Shown: piece after piece, positions 37,160 to 46,595 of the stretch | Numbering within the stretch: the first letter of the stretch is position 1 | Layout: each line of letters starts with the position of its first letter | IMG/VR virus record: IMGVR_UViG_3300023184_000034 | Coordinates: 64,001 to 128,000 of that record | DNA: 64,000 bases | Strand: one strand, 5' to 3' | Source: a virus | Program-made: the position numbers and the translations under genes | The notes under the pieces: model-generated | Database searches by the model: none | Told to the model about the DNA's origin: nothing | What the model saw: only the letters and a program-made list of their open reading frames with translations

Positions 37160-40117
37160 TTAACCGCGGGCTATTCTCAACCAGCGAGCCAATTCGTTAT
37201 CGCTTTCTGTAACAGGTTCGAATTGTTTTGTTGCTGGATTTTGTTTATACTCTTTACCAGACACATCTCGATTTACACCCTTGCTGTCTTTATATAGATC
37301 TCCGGGTTTAACACTTGCGGACTTGGGCTGCGCGGCAATACCACCTGCCTTCTTCTCGCTTGCCGTTGCAATAGCTGCAGCTTCCGCTTGTTTTCTTTTT
37401 TCAGCTTTATCTAAAACAGCTTGTGCAGCCATTGTTGAGTTGAGCCAATCTTTATCGTCGCCCCAATCGTTACGCATCAGCTCGCGGATTTTTTTGATTA
37501 AGTCTTTTTGTTCTGGAGTTAATTCGCTTGTGGTGGTATTAGTCGGTGATGCCGCAACATCTGAACCCGTTGTTGTTGGCTCGTGTGCTGGATCAGTTGC
37601 TGGCCCGTTTGCTGTATCAGGTTTTCTCTCATCGTCAAAACCTCCCAATGCTGCCACTGTTCCTGCACCAATTGCTGCAGCTCCGGCCAAGCCCAATGCA
37701 GCAGCCAGCTTGGGATTAGCCTTTATCCAACCTGTTAATCTACCGGATCGTTTGGCGGCCCGGGCTTCTGCAGATGCAGCAGCTCTTTCGGCAGCACTGA
37801 GTTCCTTACCAGCAACACCTGCAACATCGTCTGCAGATTTGGATAAGGCCGCACCAGCGCCTCGCACAGCATCGTCTGCAGCATTGGCACCTGCCTTGGC
37901 ACCTGCACCTACAACATCGTCTGCAGATTTGGATAAGGCCGCACCAGCGCCTCGCACAGCATCGTCTGCAGCATTGGCAACATTATCGCTGCCTCTGACC
38001 ACGGCGTTCATTGTGCCACCTAATTCTTTACTTGCGGCCCTGCCCGCATTCACCGCGTCATTTGCAGCGGCCTGCGCTCTAGCAGCCGCAATGCTGCCAC
38101 CACCTAATTCTCCAGGCTTTGTGATTGCATTGCCGGCGAGGTCTTTGGTTACAGCAGGTGCCTTTGGTAATTCAGCTCTTGCTGCATTGGCGTTGTTGGC
38201 GGTGCGTGTATAAACGGTACCAGCAGGAGTACTAGCTGGTGGCTTTGTAGCAACTTGCGCTGCTTTCTTTTCACCTGCGCCAAACAGTTTTCCAGCTGCA
38301 CCTTTAATGGCGTCATATCCTTTGCCTAGATATTTTGCACCGTAATCAAATTCTGCTAAAAATTTTGGATCCCATTGAATATTTTCAAGCAATTCGTCAT
38401 CTGTAATCAACACGCCGTTGTCATCGATAACAGTATTGTCAGGTCTTAACCACACACGATACACTGTATCTTCTTCCAAACTCCATTGACCACTTTCAAT
38501 CATGGCCAATTTTTGTTGCATTGATCTGATATCTTCTGCCACTGTGTGTACACGATTTTCTGCAATGCCTGCTTTGGACATTGTGGCTGGATCTGCTTTG
38601 CCTGTAACAGGTAGTCCTTGAGCTTTCTGATAAGCCATTAGAGCTTTTGCAGTGTTTGGACCCATCTTTCCATCAATTTGAGCACCAACTAAACCAATTG
38701 CTTGTTGCAATGCTCCAATACGTTTGTCTCCGCCTGGCCCAACAAATGTATTAATATCGGATTTTTGAGCAGCAAGGTTGGCACCCACTATTCCTGCTAC
38801 TTTTGCACCACCTTGCGCAAGTTTACCCGTTGCCCCAATAGTTTTTGCTGCACCCATTGCAGCTCGACCAGCAAGCGCACCAGGAACTGGCACAGCCAAT
38901 GAACCTGCCACATTGCCAGCACCATACAACCATGGACTACGTGTTTCTGCTTCTTTGCTTGCTGCGGCCTGTTGCGCCAATTCGTCTTTGTATGTGCCAG
39001 GACCAAATGCACTCTTGACACCAGCAGCAATGTTGTCTCCTGCGCCCAGTGTCACACCATTCCACATACCACGACCAAAATCGCCTGCATCTTTACCAAA
39101 CTGGCTCATGCTGTATTCATCCAATTGGTCATCTTGAAATTCGTAACCAAGACTTTCAGTCAGTGATCGAGCAATACTTGAATTGTATTGGATGCCTTCT
39201 TGTAAAGCATTCACTCCCATTGCGCCAGCGGCGCCGCCTGTGAGTCCAGCAAGGCCTTGACCTACCACACCAGCTCCCGCTCTTCTAGCCAATTTCCACG
39301 CAGCCAATGCACCAGCAGCTCCGCCAGCGCCAATACCAACTTTCTGTGCTGTGGTTTTTTCTGGGCTTTGTAGTGGTTTAACGAAAGGACCAGTATTTGG
39401 ACTTGGCGCAGGAATTGGTTGTGGAGCAACATCTCCACCCAGTGATGCATCCAATCGTGCAACCAATGCATTTAATTGTGCAACATCTTGTCCGGAACCT
39501 GTGTCTTGTCCAGGCAATCGTGGTCGAGTTGTTGTTCCTGGTGGAATTCTTGTTGATGGGTTTACTACTTCTCCAGCATTAGGGTCAACAGTTCCAATAG
39601 GTAGTGGTGAGTTTACCGGACCGGTAACCGGACCGGGTGGTTTAACAGCAGGCTCAGTAGTAACAGCAGATGGAAGTTTACCCTGTTGTAATAATTTTAC
39701 TTGATCTAATGGAACTGAAGCATTTCCAGCACCGTAACTTGTAAATTTATTCCAGCCGCTGCCTGTTGCTGCCGCTGACGGAACAATACTTACGCCTGCA
39801 CTGTCTAATAACTGTTTAATATCTTTGTGTAAATTGGTTATCTGATCCATTCGCACAGGCTCGGGTCTAGGCGTCTCACCACCATATGGAGTTGACCAAA
39901 ATATAATACCATTTTTTGGATCAATGGTGTGCCCTGCACCTCTGGCACTTGGATCTTCTTGACCTTTAATCATTGCTTGAATTTTTTGAGCCAATGCTGA
40001 TTTGGCTTTTACATCTTCTTGTTTTTTTATATACGCAGCAAATCTAGCTTCTTCATCACCACTTGCGTCTGCTTCTGCAATAGTGTCCAGCTTGTTCATT
40101 AGGTCTCTTAAGTTCAT
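37160..40117 (-). CDS. 985-aa Ala/Gly-rich putative internal virion polyprotein with a peptidoglycan-binding domain
   Basis: N-terminal tag MNLRDLMNKLDTIAE; PGBD-like ALQQ..IDGKMGPNT.KAL..YQ..GLPVTG.AD..T; glycine-zipper hydrophobic stretches; C-terminal ELARWLRIARG. Confidence 0.6.
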   Translation of the reverse strand: MNLRDLMNKLDTIAEADASGDEEARFAAYIKKQEDVKAKSALAQKIQAMIKGQEDPSARGAGHTIDPKNGIIFWSTPYGGETPRPEPVRMDQITNLHKDIKQLLDSAGVSIVPSAAATGSGWNKFTSYGAGNASVPLDQVKLLQQGKLPSAVTTEPAVKPPGPVTGPVNSPLPIGTVDPNAGEVVNPSTRIPPGTTTRPRLPGQDTGSGQDVAQLNALVARLDASLGGDVAPQPIPAPSPNTGPFVKPLQSPEKTTAQKVGIGAGGAAGALAAWKLARRAGAGVVGQGLAGLTGGAAGAMGVNALQEGIQYNSSIARSLTESLGYEFQDDQLDEYSMSQFGKDAGDFGRGMWNGVTLGAGDNIAAGVKSAFGPGTYKDELAQQAAASKEAETRSPWLYGAGNVAGSLAVPVPGALAGRAAMGAAKTIGATGKLAQGGAKVAGIVGANLAAQKSDINTFVGPGGDKRIGALQQAIGLVGAQIDGKMGPNTAKALMAYQKAQGLPVTGKADPATMSKAGIAENRVHTVAEDIRSMQQKLAMIESGQWSLEEDTVYRVWLRPDNTVIDDNGVLITDDELLENIQWDPKFLAEFDYGAKYLGKGYDAIKGAAGKLFGAGEKKAAQVATKPPASTPAGTVYTRTANNANAARAELPKAPAVTKDLAGNAITKPGELGGGSIAAARAQAAANDAVNAGRAASKELGGTMNAVVRGSDNVANAADDAVRGAGAALSKSADDVVGAGAKAGANAADDAVRGAGAALSKSADDVAGVAGKELSAAERAAASAEARAAKRSGRLTGWIKANPKLAAALGLAGAAAIGAGTVAALGGFDDERKPDTANGPATDPAHEPTTTGSDVAASPTNTTTSELTPEQKDLIKKIRELMRNDWGDDKDWLNSTMAAQAVLDKAEKRKQAEAAAIATASEKKAGGIAAQPKSASVKPGDLYKDSKGVNRDVSGKEYKQNPATKQFEPVTESDNELARWLRIARG
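37822..37979. repeat. Perfect 68-bp direct repeat (90-bp period) within the 985-aa gene
   Basis: 37822-37889 is identical to 37912-37979; encodes ANAADDAVRGAGAALSKSADDV twice. Confidence 0.9.
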
Positions 40118-40141
40118 TGTGTTCCCCGAATTAATATGTAT

Positions 40142-41902
40142 TTATTTCACAGAGCATTTGGGAACAGACATTCCGTTCTTGGTTTGCATACCTGTTTGTG
40201 TTTGCCCAGTTCGACAAACACTTGTTTTTGTTCTGGGTTTGATTGTTTTGGGCCTGGTTGATTTAACCGGCTGCAACATCTCTTCTTTTGTTAGTCTGGC
40301 CAGTTTGTTGGCTTCTTTGATTGGATTTTTTTCTTGAGATTGTTTCTCTTGTTTTTCTTTCCATTCTTTTTCAAATTCTGCTTTGGCTTGTCTAGCACGT
40401 TCAGCACTGGCTGTTGATTTGGCCTGCTCACGATCCCACGCACGGCTCAGTTTCACCTGTGCAGACATGCCTTCGTTGGGCATGATACCAGGCGCACCTG
40501 CTCCTGGTTTGAATCCCATGCTGTGTCCGGGAATTTCATTCTCTGCTACACTTTTCTTTTTCTTCTTGGCAATAGCAATGGCAGCTTGTTGTGCAGGATT
40601 GGCCGCTTCTTTCATCATCACACGTTCAGCAATCACAGTGGCATATTGATTGATCAAGTTGCGTTTTTGTACATGTTGTTCTGCAATCTCAGATTCCACT
40701 TGGTGAAAGTACTTGCCCAAGATGTTTTCACGTTCAATTGGTTCAAATACATGTGGTGTTTCTTCTTGGGGTGTTTGATAGTGTTGCATGGCCATTTGTA
40801 CTGGCAGTGTGACTTTGTGTGGACTTTTGCCTTCTTTTAAAATACCAACATTATTCTTATTTACAATAGATAAAAACTTATTTAGATTGTTTTCCTGTAC
40901 AGGAACAGTCTGTTGTGCTTTTTGTTTTTGTAATTCTGCTTGTGCTGGAGTCATTCTTAGTTTTTGATCATATTTCCAACCAGGAGTAAATATTCCGTCA
41001 GGTTGTTGCATGAATCTAGCGTTAGCTTGTTTTTCAAATTCTTTATGTTGAGCACGATTAAATTCCGCGTCTGGGGATTTGTCATCGATGTTTGATAGAC
41101 CAATTGATTGATCAATTGCATATTCTTTACCTTCTGGGGTTCCTAACATACGTTGAATTAGTTCCCAGTCATCTTTAACAAATGCAGGTTGTTTAAAATT
41201 AGGATCAGCTTGTCTTGCTTGATAGTAAGAACCACTTAATGCCATCATCAAATCAGCAAAGTCACTACCACCTTTCCATGCACCGATGCGTGTTGGGTCT
41301 GACGTAGAAGGATGTGCCCCATCAATAATGTCTGCAGGATGTTTGTAATTCTTTTTAAAGAAATCAATACTTGGTACTTGATATTTTGCTGGATCAACTT
41401 GTGGCGTAGTAGGTGCTGCTGTAGCAGGCGCTGCAGGTTGATTTATTTCAGCTTCTTTAACAATTTGAAGTAAATTTCTCATCCCAACATCTTCTAAATA
41501 TTTTTTAGCAAGCTCTGCGTGTGGCGTTCCGCCTGCTACTAAATCGGCATGCTCTTTTTGTCTTGCCTGTTCCCACGCTTGTAAGTTAGGTCCTGCTAGT
41601 TTTTCAGCAGCCGCTTTTAGCTTATCAATCTCGGTCCTAGCGTCTGCACTAACACCGACCTCGACTGGAACAAGATTGCCGGAGCCCGTTGCTTCTTTTT
41701 CTAGGAAATCATACTTCCCCATTAGTTCTTGATACCTTTCCCAGTTAGGATTCGAGTAGTTAGGACCAGTTGGATCTGCTTGGGGTGGTTGATTTAACTC
41801 AGCTTCTTGAACCACTTGAAGAAATTTCCTCATACTGTTGGCATCAACTGCTGGGTTAGCAGCCACACTGTCCAACTTCTGAAGTAATTTCGCCATGTCC
41901 AT
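40142..41902 (-). CDS. 586-aa putative internal virion polyprotein
   Basis: Repeated helix-E tags MRKFLQVVQEAELNQP, MRNLLQIVKEAEINQP, LNKFLSIV..ILKEG; many x-x-E sites. Confidence 0.6.
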   Translation of the reverse strand: MDMAKLLQKLDSVAANPAVDANSMRKFLQVVQEAELNQPPQADPTGPNYSNPNWERYQELMGKYDFLEKEATGSGNLVPVEVGVSADARTEIDKLKAAAEKLAGPNLQAWEQARQKEHADLVAGGTPHAELAKKYLEDVGMRNLLQIVKEAEINQPAAPATAAPTTPQVDPAKYQVPSIDFFKKNYKHPADIIDGAHPSTSDPTRIGAWKGGSDFADLMMALSGSYYQARQADPNFKQPAFVKDDWELIQRMLGTPEGKEYAIDQSIGLSNIDDKSPDAEFNRAQHKEFEKQANARFMQQPDGIFTPGWKYDQKLRMTPAQAELQKQKAQQTVPVQENNLNKFLSIVNKNNVGILKEGKSPHKVTLPVQMAMQHYQTPQEETPHVFEPIERENILGKYFHQVESEIAEQHVQKRNLINQYATVIAERVMMKEAANPAQQAAIAIAKKKKKSVAENEIPGHSMGFKPGAGAPGIMPNEGMSAQVKLSRAWDREQAKSTASAERARQAKAEFEKEWKEKQEKQSQEKNPIKEANKLARLTKEEMLQPVKSTRPKTIKPRTKTSVCRTGQTQTGMQTKNGMSVPKCSVK

Positions 41903-41906
41903 GTTG

Positions 41907-43934
41907 TTAGCCTTTTACCGGTGTAAGTGATCCGGATATACTCTGTAGAATTTGAGGGCCGATATTACCAGCACCTGTACTGGTATTTACAACCACTACC
42001 AAGATCATGTCATTGACATTGAAACTTTGATTGGCCGAAAAAACTGTACCGTTTTTTGATGGTATACGTTCGTTGCTGGTCTTTATTCCAGGATGATTCC
42101 AAGTTCTGTAGTGTCTGCCTGTACTGAGTTTTGTGTTGTAGTACAACTGGGGGGCAATCAAAATAAAATCCTTACTGAGCATGCCTTGTTTGCGATAAGC
42201 ATAGACCCAATCCATATTTACATTTACTGCGCCTTCGTCTCCATTTTTACTGAATTGACTAGCATCTACTTGTTTGTATCCTGGTATTGTAGGAGCCCCA
42301 TCAGGCAGTTTTATAGATTTTTGTTGTTCAACAGCACAACCACCGTTACTAATAAATTTACTCTCTATCTTTTGTAACTTTATCAGCATTGGCCTTGTTA
42401 ACTGCTGACGGAGTTGCGCTGGAATTATCCAATTGCCAACTCCATTTCTTACGTGAAACGGTGTGGGAATCCACATACCGTTGGGATCTAGATAGCCAAA
42501 GTCCGGTGCAGGTTTGACACCCGCCGGCCATGTTTTAGGATCTTCAGGGTCAGAATTAGGACCAGCGGTTGATCCAGTTTGACCACCGGCGGCGCCAGCG
42601 GCGCCAGCGGCACCTACAGCACCCACGATTGCTGGCAATTGACCAGACATGGCCTTGTCTTTAAGATCTTCTATACCGTCTATTGTTGCTTTTATATCTA
42701 ATTTTAAATCGGCACTGGTGGTAGTTAGTCCGAAATAACGCACAAGTACGGGCAGTTGTTTTTTGATTGTATCAACATCTTCTTTTGATAAAACTCCAGA
42801 CTGTATGGCTTGAGCAACGCCGCCGCCATCTGCACCTGCACCTGCACCTGCCTCGGCGCCACCGTCGAATCCCGCCACGCCTCCGGTGGGTTTATCTTCT
42901 GGTTTTTCTTCTGTGTTATTCCACCAGTCCCATAATGCTTTACCACCTTCATATGCTCCCCATCCGGTCAATGCTGCACCGCCAATCTTGGGCAAGGCAG
43001 CACGAATTGGATTACGGGCTTTAAACGCAAGTGATCGTCTAGCCAGTGACTGGGCTGTTGTTCTGGCTGCTGTTCTAGCGCCTGCTGTGGCACCCGGACC
43101 CATTCTGAACATTCTACCAAGTCCCTTTATTAACGGAGCAATAAATTCATTCAGTTGTTCTGGCTTGTTTTCAACTAAAATAGTAAAAATTCTAATTTGT
43201 TCAGCAGGTGAAAATTCATGTAGGTTCTCAGATATCATCCTACGTTTGAGATTATTTCTACTTTCTGTTGTTACATTATATTTTTTAAGAATATTTTTTA
43301 ATTGAGTTAATGCCGTGGCTAATTCAGCTGGTGGACCAATATCTTTTTCTGGATCTCCTGTTTTTCCTCGAAGCTTGGCATCTGCAGCACCAATATCTTT
43401 TTCTGGATCTCCTGATTTACCCCAAGGTTTGACACCTGCAGCACCAATATCTTTTTCTGGATCTCCTGATTTACCCCAAGGTTTGACATCTGCAGCACCA
43501 ATATCTTTTTCTGGATCTCCTGATTTACCCCAAGGTTTGTCGCCCATGTTTGATGGCTTGTTAGTACTGGTGGGAAGTTCTTCTGCCATAGGGTGTTGTG
43601 GTGGGATACCAAATCCCACTTCACCGTCTGTGGCACCTGCATCACTGGTTTTAGTTGCGGATAATTTTTGAAAATCTTTAGGACTTACAATTATTTTACC
43701 ACCGCCTTCTAAACCAGCAATAATACTACCAGCTGATGAGATGCTTATTTTTCTAAATCCTTGAGATAGAGCCTTTGTTTCAACATCTGGGGTAAGTTCA
43801 AACCATAGTTTACTTGGTTCAACTGGAGTTAAGCCGTTGCCACTTTTGACCATGGGCTTGCCGCCCTGCATGGTTATGTAGTAAGGAGCCTCTCCTTCAG
43901 CTATGAATTTAGAAACAATATCTTTTACACGCAT
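41907..43934 (-). CDS. 675-aa putative internal virion polyprotein
   Basis: N-terminal tag MRVKDIVSKFIAEG; 18-aa tandem repeats; amphipathic segment after LNE. Confidence 0.6.
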   Translation of the reverse strand: MRVKDIVSKFIAEGEAPYYITMQGGKPMVKSGNGLTPVEPSKLWFELTPDVETKALSQGFRKISISSAGSIIAGLEGGGKIIVSPKDFQKLSATKTSDAGATDGEVGFGIPPQHPMAEELPTSTNKPSNMGDKPWGKSGDPEKDIGAADVKPWGKSGDPEKDIGAAGVKPWGKSGDPEKDIGAADAKLRGKTGDPEKDIGPPAELATALTQLKNILKKYNVTTESRNNLKRRMISENLHEFSPAEQIRIFTILVENKPEQLNEFIAPLIKGLGRMFRMGPGATAGARTAARTTAQSLARRSLAFKARNPIRAALPKIGGAALTGWGAYEGGKALWDWWNNTEEKPEDKPTGGVAGFDGGAEAGAGAGADGGGVAQAIQSGVLSKEDVDTIKKQLPVLVRYFGLTTTSADLKLDIKATIDGIEDLKDKAMSGQLPAIVGAVGAAGAAGAAGGQTGSTAGPNSDPEDPKTWPAGVKPAPDFGYLDPNGMWIPTPFHVRNGVGNWIIPAQLRQQLTRPMLIKLQKIESKFISNGGCAVEQQKSIKLPDGAPTIPGYKQVDASQFSKNGDEGAVNVNMDWVYAYRKQGMLSKDFILIAPQLYYNTKLSTGRHYRTWNHPGIKTSNERIPSKNGTVFSANQSFNVNDMILVVVVNTSTGAGNIGPQILQSISGSLTPVKG
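43335..43539. repeat. 54-bp tandem repeat, about 3.8 copies
   Basis: accaatatctttttctggatctcctg recurs at 43335, 43389, 43443 and 43497; encodes KPWGKSGDPEKDIGAADV. Confidence 0.92.
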
Positions 43935-43938
43935 AATA

Positions 43939-45552
43939 TTATCCTAATAAACGTTTTGTCAATGCACGAATTTGATCAACTTCACGATTCTCAACCAGTG
44001 CTGGCTGTTCAGTACGATTCAAACGACCAGTAAGTTCACGCATGCGAGCCAAATCATTTCCTTCGCTGATAGGATCTTTTTTGCCTGCTGGTGCTGGCAT
44101 CATTGCACCTAATTTTTTAGCTTCTTCTGCATCTTTGGCACCCGATGGATTTGGCACAACAACTAAATTCTCATCAGTTACTTTTTCTTTCTTCTTTCTT
44201 TCTGCCATGTAAGCAGTAGTTTCTTTCATGTTCCGCCAAATGGCTGCTGCTACCATCTTGTCATCTGTTTCCTTAACAGTTTGCTTTTTATGACCCTTGG
44301 CCGCACGACTCATAGTTTGTTTGGCAGCTTCTTTAACACCCACTGCCTTCATAGCTCCATACGTCATTGCGGCATTCTTTAAACCTGGCACCATTGCTGA
44401 TCCCAGAGACTTTGTTTTTTCCCAAGCACTCATTGGTGCTGGAGCACCCGCAGCGGTAGGAGTATCTTCTTTAACTTTCTTGCCGCCTTTTTCATCTTTG
44501 CCAATGCGCCCGGCGATAACATCACCGCGTGTTACTTTGTCATAAGGTTTGGCATTGTTGGCCAAGTTACCGTCGCCTTTCTTTTTGGCTTCGTACATGC
44601 CACATTCTTTTAAACCGTGTACTGGACACTTTTTATCTTTTGGTGTGTGATTGCATTTGCCTTCACCCATTGCTGCACTTGCTCCAGCTTTCTTTAGATC
44701 AGCACCAGTGGCTCTCATGCCTGGCACTGTGGTTGTTGCGGTTGTGGGAATTCCAGATTTTTGTGGTGCACCACTTATTGCGGTTTCTTTAACACCACCG
44801 CGCAACTTCTTAAAATCATCTCCGTCTAATTTGCCGTTATGATTCTTGTCCAGTTTCTTCTTACCACCTTTGAGTGCTTCGTCAACTTTCTTGCCGTCTT
44901 TCACACGAGTCACTGAATCTTTACCAAAACGTTTTTCCCAGTTTTTGCCTTCTTTCTCTTCAGCTTTGTCAGCAGCTTTGTTGCCTTCCTTGTCTGCAGC
45001 TGATTGTGATTTGGCATTTGATTTGGGCTCAGTATGCTCTTCATCACTGAATCTGTTGGGATTCTCTTTGTGTTTAGTTACACCTTTGGTTGAACGGTCA
45101 ATTTCGCCACCTGTGGATGATTTTTCTTCAGAAACTTTTTCAGCTTGAGCTTTCTTGAGTTCTTTCACTTTTGATTTTGCTTCTGATAATAATTCTTTGA
45201 TTCTCATTTTTTGTCCTTCGCTCAGTGTATCACTGTTGTCCAAGTGGTGACCGTATTCGCTGAATTTCATTTCATATTCTAAATAGTGATATACTGATGC
45301 AATATAGTCAGCAGCCTTGGTAATTTTGGCCTGTACCCATGATTCCAATTGGTCATTGTCTTCCAACTGTTGATACAGCTTGTGTGCGTAGTTGGCTATT
45401 TTGAACAAATCAGCTTTGGCCATGGCACCTTCGCGGTCAGTCTCGCCACCGTGTAAGCCTATGGTGCCGCCCACTGGTTCTGAATCCATTTCTGGCTGAT
45501 CCATCTCAGGTTGGTCCATTTCTGAGTCAATGTTATCTAATTCTGCTGGCAT
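43939..45552 (-). CDS. 537-aa charged putative prohead core/internal protein
   Basis: N-terminal EGAMAK..LESWVQAKITKAADY domain; more than 12 [LVIM]-x-E sites; EF-hand-like loop; late-like CTAAATA upstream. Confidence 0.6.
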   Translation of the reverse strand: MPAELDNIDSEMDQPEMDQPEMDSEPVGGTIGLHGGETDREGAMAKADLFKIANYAHKLYQQLEDNDQLESWVQAKITKAADYIASVYHYLEYEMKFSEYGHHLDNSDTLSEGQKMRIKELLSEAKSKVKELKKAQAEKVSEEKSSTGGEIDRSTKGVTKHKENPNRFSDEEHTEPKSNAKSQSAADKEGNKAADKAEEKEGKNWEKRFGKDSVTRVKDGKKVDEALKGGKKKLDKNHNGKLDGDDFKKLRGGVKETAISGAPQKSGIPTTATTTVPGMRATGADLKKAGASAAMGEGKCNHTPKDKKCPVHGLKECGMYEAKKKGDGNLANNAKPYDKVTRGDVIAGRIGKDEKGGKKVKEDTPTAAGAPAPMSAWEKTKSLGSAMVPGLKNAAMTYGAMKAVGVKEAAKQTMSRAAKGHKKQTVKETDDKMVAAAIWRNMKETTAYMAERKKKEKVTDENLVVVPNPSGAKDAEEAKKLGAMMPAPAGKKDPISEGNDLARMRELTGRLNRTEQPALVENREVDQIRALTKRLLG

Positions 45553-45578
45553 GAGTATACTCCGTTGTCTTTATGTAT

Positions 45579-46595
45579 TTAGCGTCGTTTGATAGGCGGC
45601 CCACCAAATAAGCTAGCGCCTTTGATGTCCAAGCCGTTCTTGGCTGTGCCGTCTTTGTTTTTGGGTTGATTAACTTTGGGTTGCGGTGGTGCCTTGCTGC
45701 CTGATTTGCCAGGACTACCAATATAACTCTTTTTACCACGTGCTTTGCCAGGGCTCAAATGCGGTGCATCTACCGTGCCAATGTTAGCAGCACTGGTTGC
45801 ACCCACGGTGGCTGACTCACCCATTGGTTTGCCTTCCGCCACACCTTGCTCTTTACTTTTCTTCAGTATATCAGGATGTGCGAAACCTTTTTTGACTTGT
45901 TCTGCCGGACTCATCTTATCAACTAACTTACCAAGTTTAGGATCAACATCATGCCAAGTCTTTGGATAGGGCTTTTTATCACCTCCCGCCACACCTTTGT
46001 TTCCTTTTGCCATTTTCAATGAGGTTTTTAGTGCTGCCGTTTTTCCTCTAGGAGTTTTAGCATCATTTGCGGTATCTGCTCTGCGTTGAAGTGGATCGTA
46101 CCCAAACTTTGGGCTATTAGGATTGCGCGGTGTTTTGTTGCCTTCGTCATCTACATCATACGCATCTGGATCGCTACGCCATTTAGCAGCCTCCGCCACA
46201 CCTTGCTCACCATGCTTTTTAGCACGACGAATTCTATTTGCTAAATGATGTAATCCAGACTCCATACTACGTGCTTTACGCTCTCCAGCAGATAAATTTT
46301 GCTCACGATCCGCATATTGCCAATCTGATCCACCTAATGCTTCGTATTCTTTTTTCATTTTTGCATATTCAGCTTCGAGGTGCGGAAGATCTGCGTGGTC
46401 CTGTGCTTGGTCATCTTGAGATTTTTGATGTGCTACTGCTCTATCTGTTTCACGTTTTTCAGAATCTTGTCTGCGTAACTCATCGTGCTCTGGATCACCG
46501 TGGATACGTAGATTTTTAAATTTAGGATTATTTTTTTGTAAATCTTTAAGAAACGAAGACATATCGTTTTCTTGTACTAACTCATTTATTTTCAT
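45579..46595 (-). CDS. 338-aa putative internal virion protein made of cassettes joined at GVAE/GVAG motifs
   Basis: N-terminal tag MKINELVQE; three AAGGTGTGGCGG-encoded junctions. Confidence 0.65.
   Translation of the reverse strand: MKINELVQENDMSSFLKDLQKNNPKFKNLRIHGDPEHDELRRQDSEKRETDRAVAHQKSQDDQAQDHADLPHLEAEYAKMKKEYEALGGSDWQYADREQNLSAGERKARSMESGLHHLANRIRRAKKHGEQGVAEAAKWRSDPDAYDVDDEGNKTPRNPNSPKFGYDPLQRRADTANDAKTPRGKTAALKTSLKMAKGNKGVAGGDKKPYPKTWHDVDPKLGKLVDKMSPAEQVKKGFAHPDILKKSKEQGVAEGKPMGESATVGATSAANIGTVDAPHLSPGKARGKKSYIGSPGKSGSKAPPQPKVNQPKNKDGTAKNGLDIKGASLFGGPPIKRR
45836..46204 (-). repeat. Three identical 12-bp motifs AAGGTGTGGCGG with unrelated in-frame spacers
   Basis: CCGCCACACCTT starts at 45836, 45986 and 46193 (periods 150 and 207 bp); copies 1 and 3 share GAGCAAGGTGTGGCGGA. 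Confidence 0.85.

Noticed and set aside
37281-38213. 310-aa + strand ORF
   Set aside because: Antisense shadow of the Ala/Gly-rich 985-aa gene, with no RBS or recognisable motifs.
43335-43539. 54-bp repeats as a CRISPR array
   Set aside because: Head-to-tail with no unique spacers, in frame within a CDS, and no cas genes.
45836-46204. 12-bp repeats as a CRISPR array
   Set aside because: Repeats are too short and spacers too long and uneven; all lie in a coding frame. Kept as a different hypothesis.
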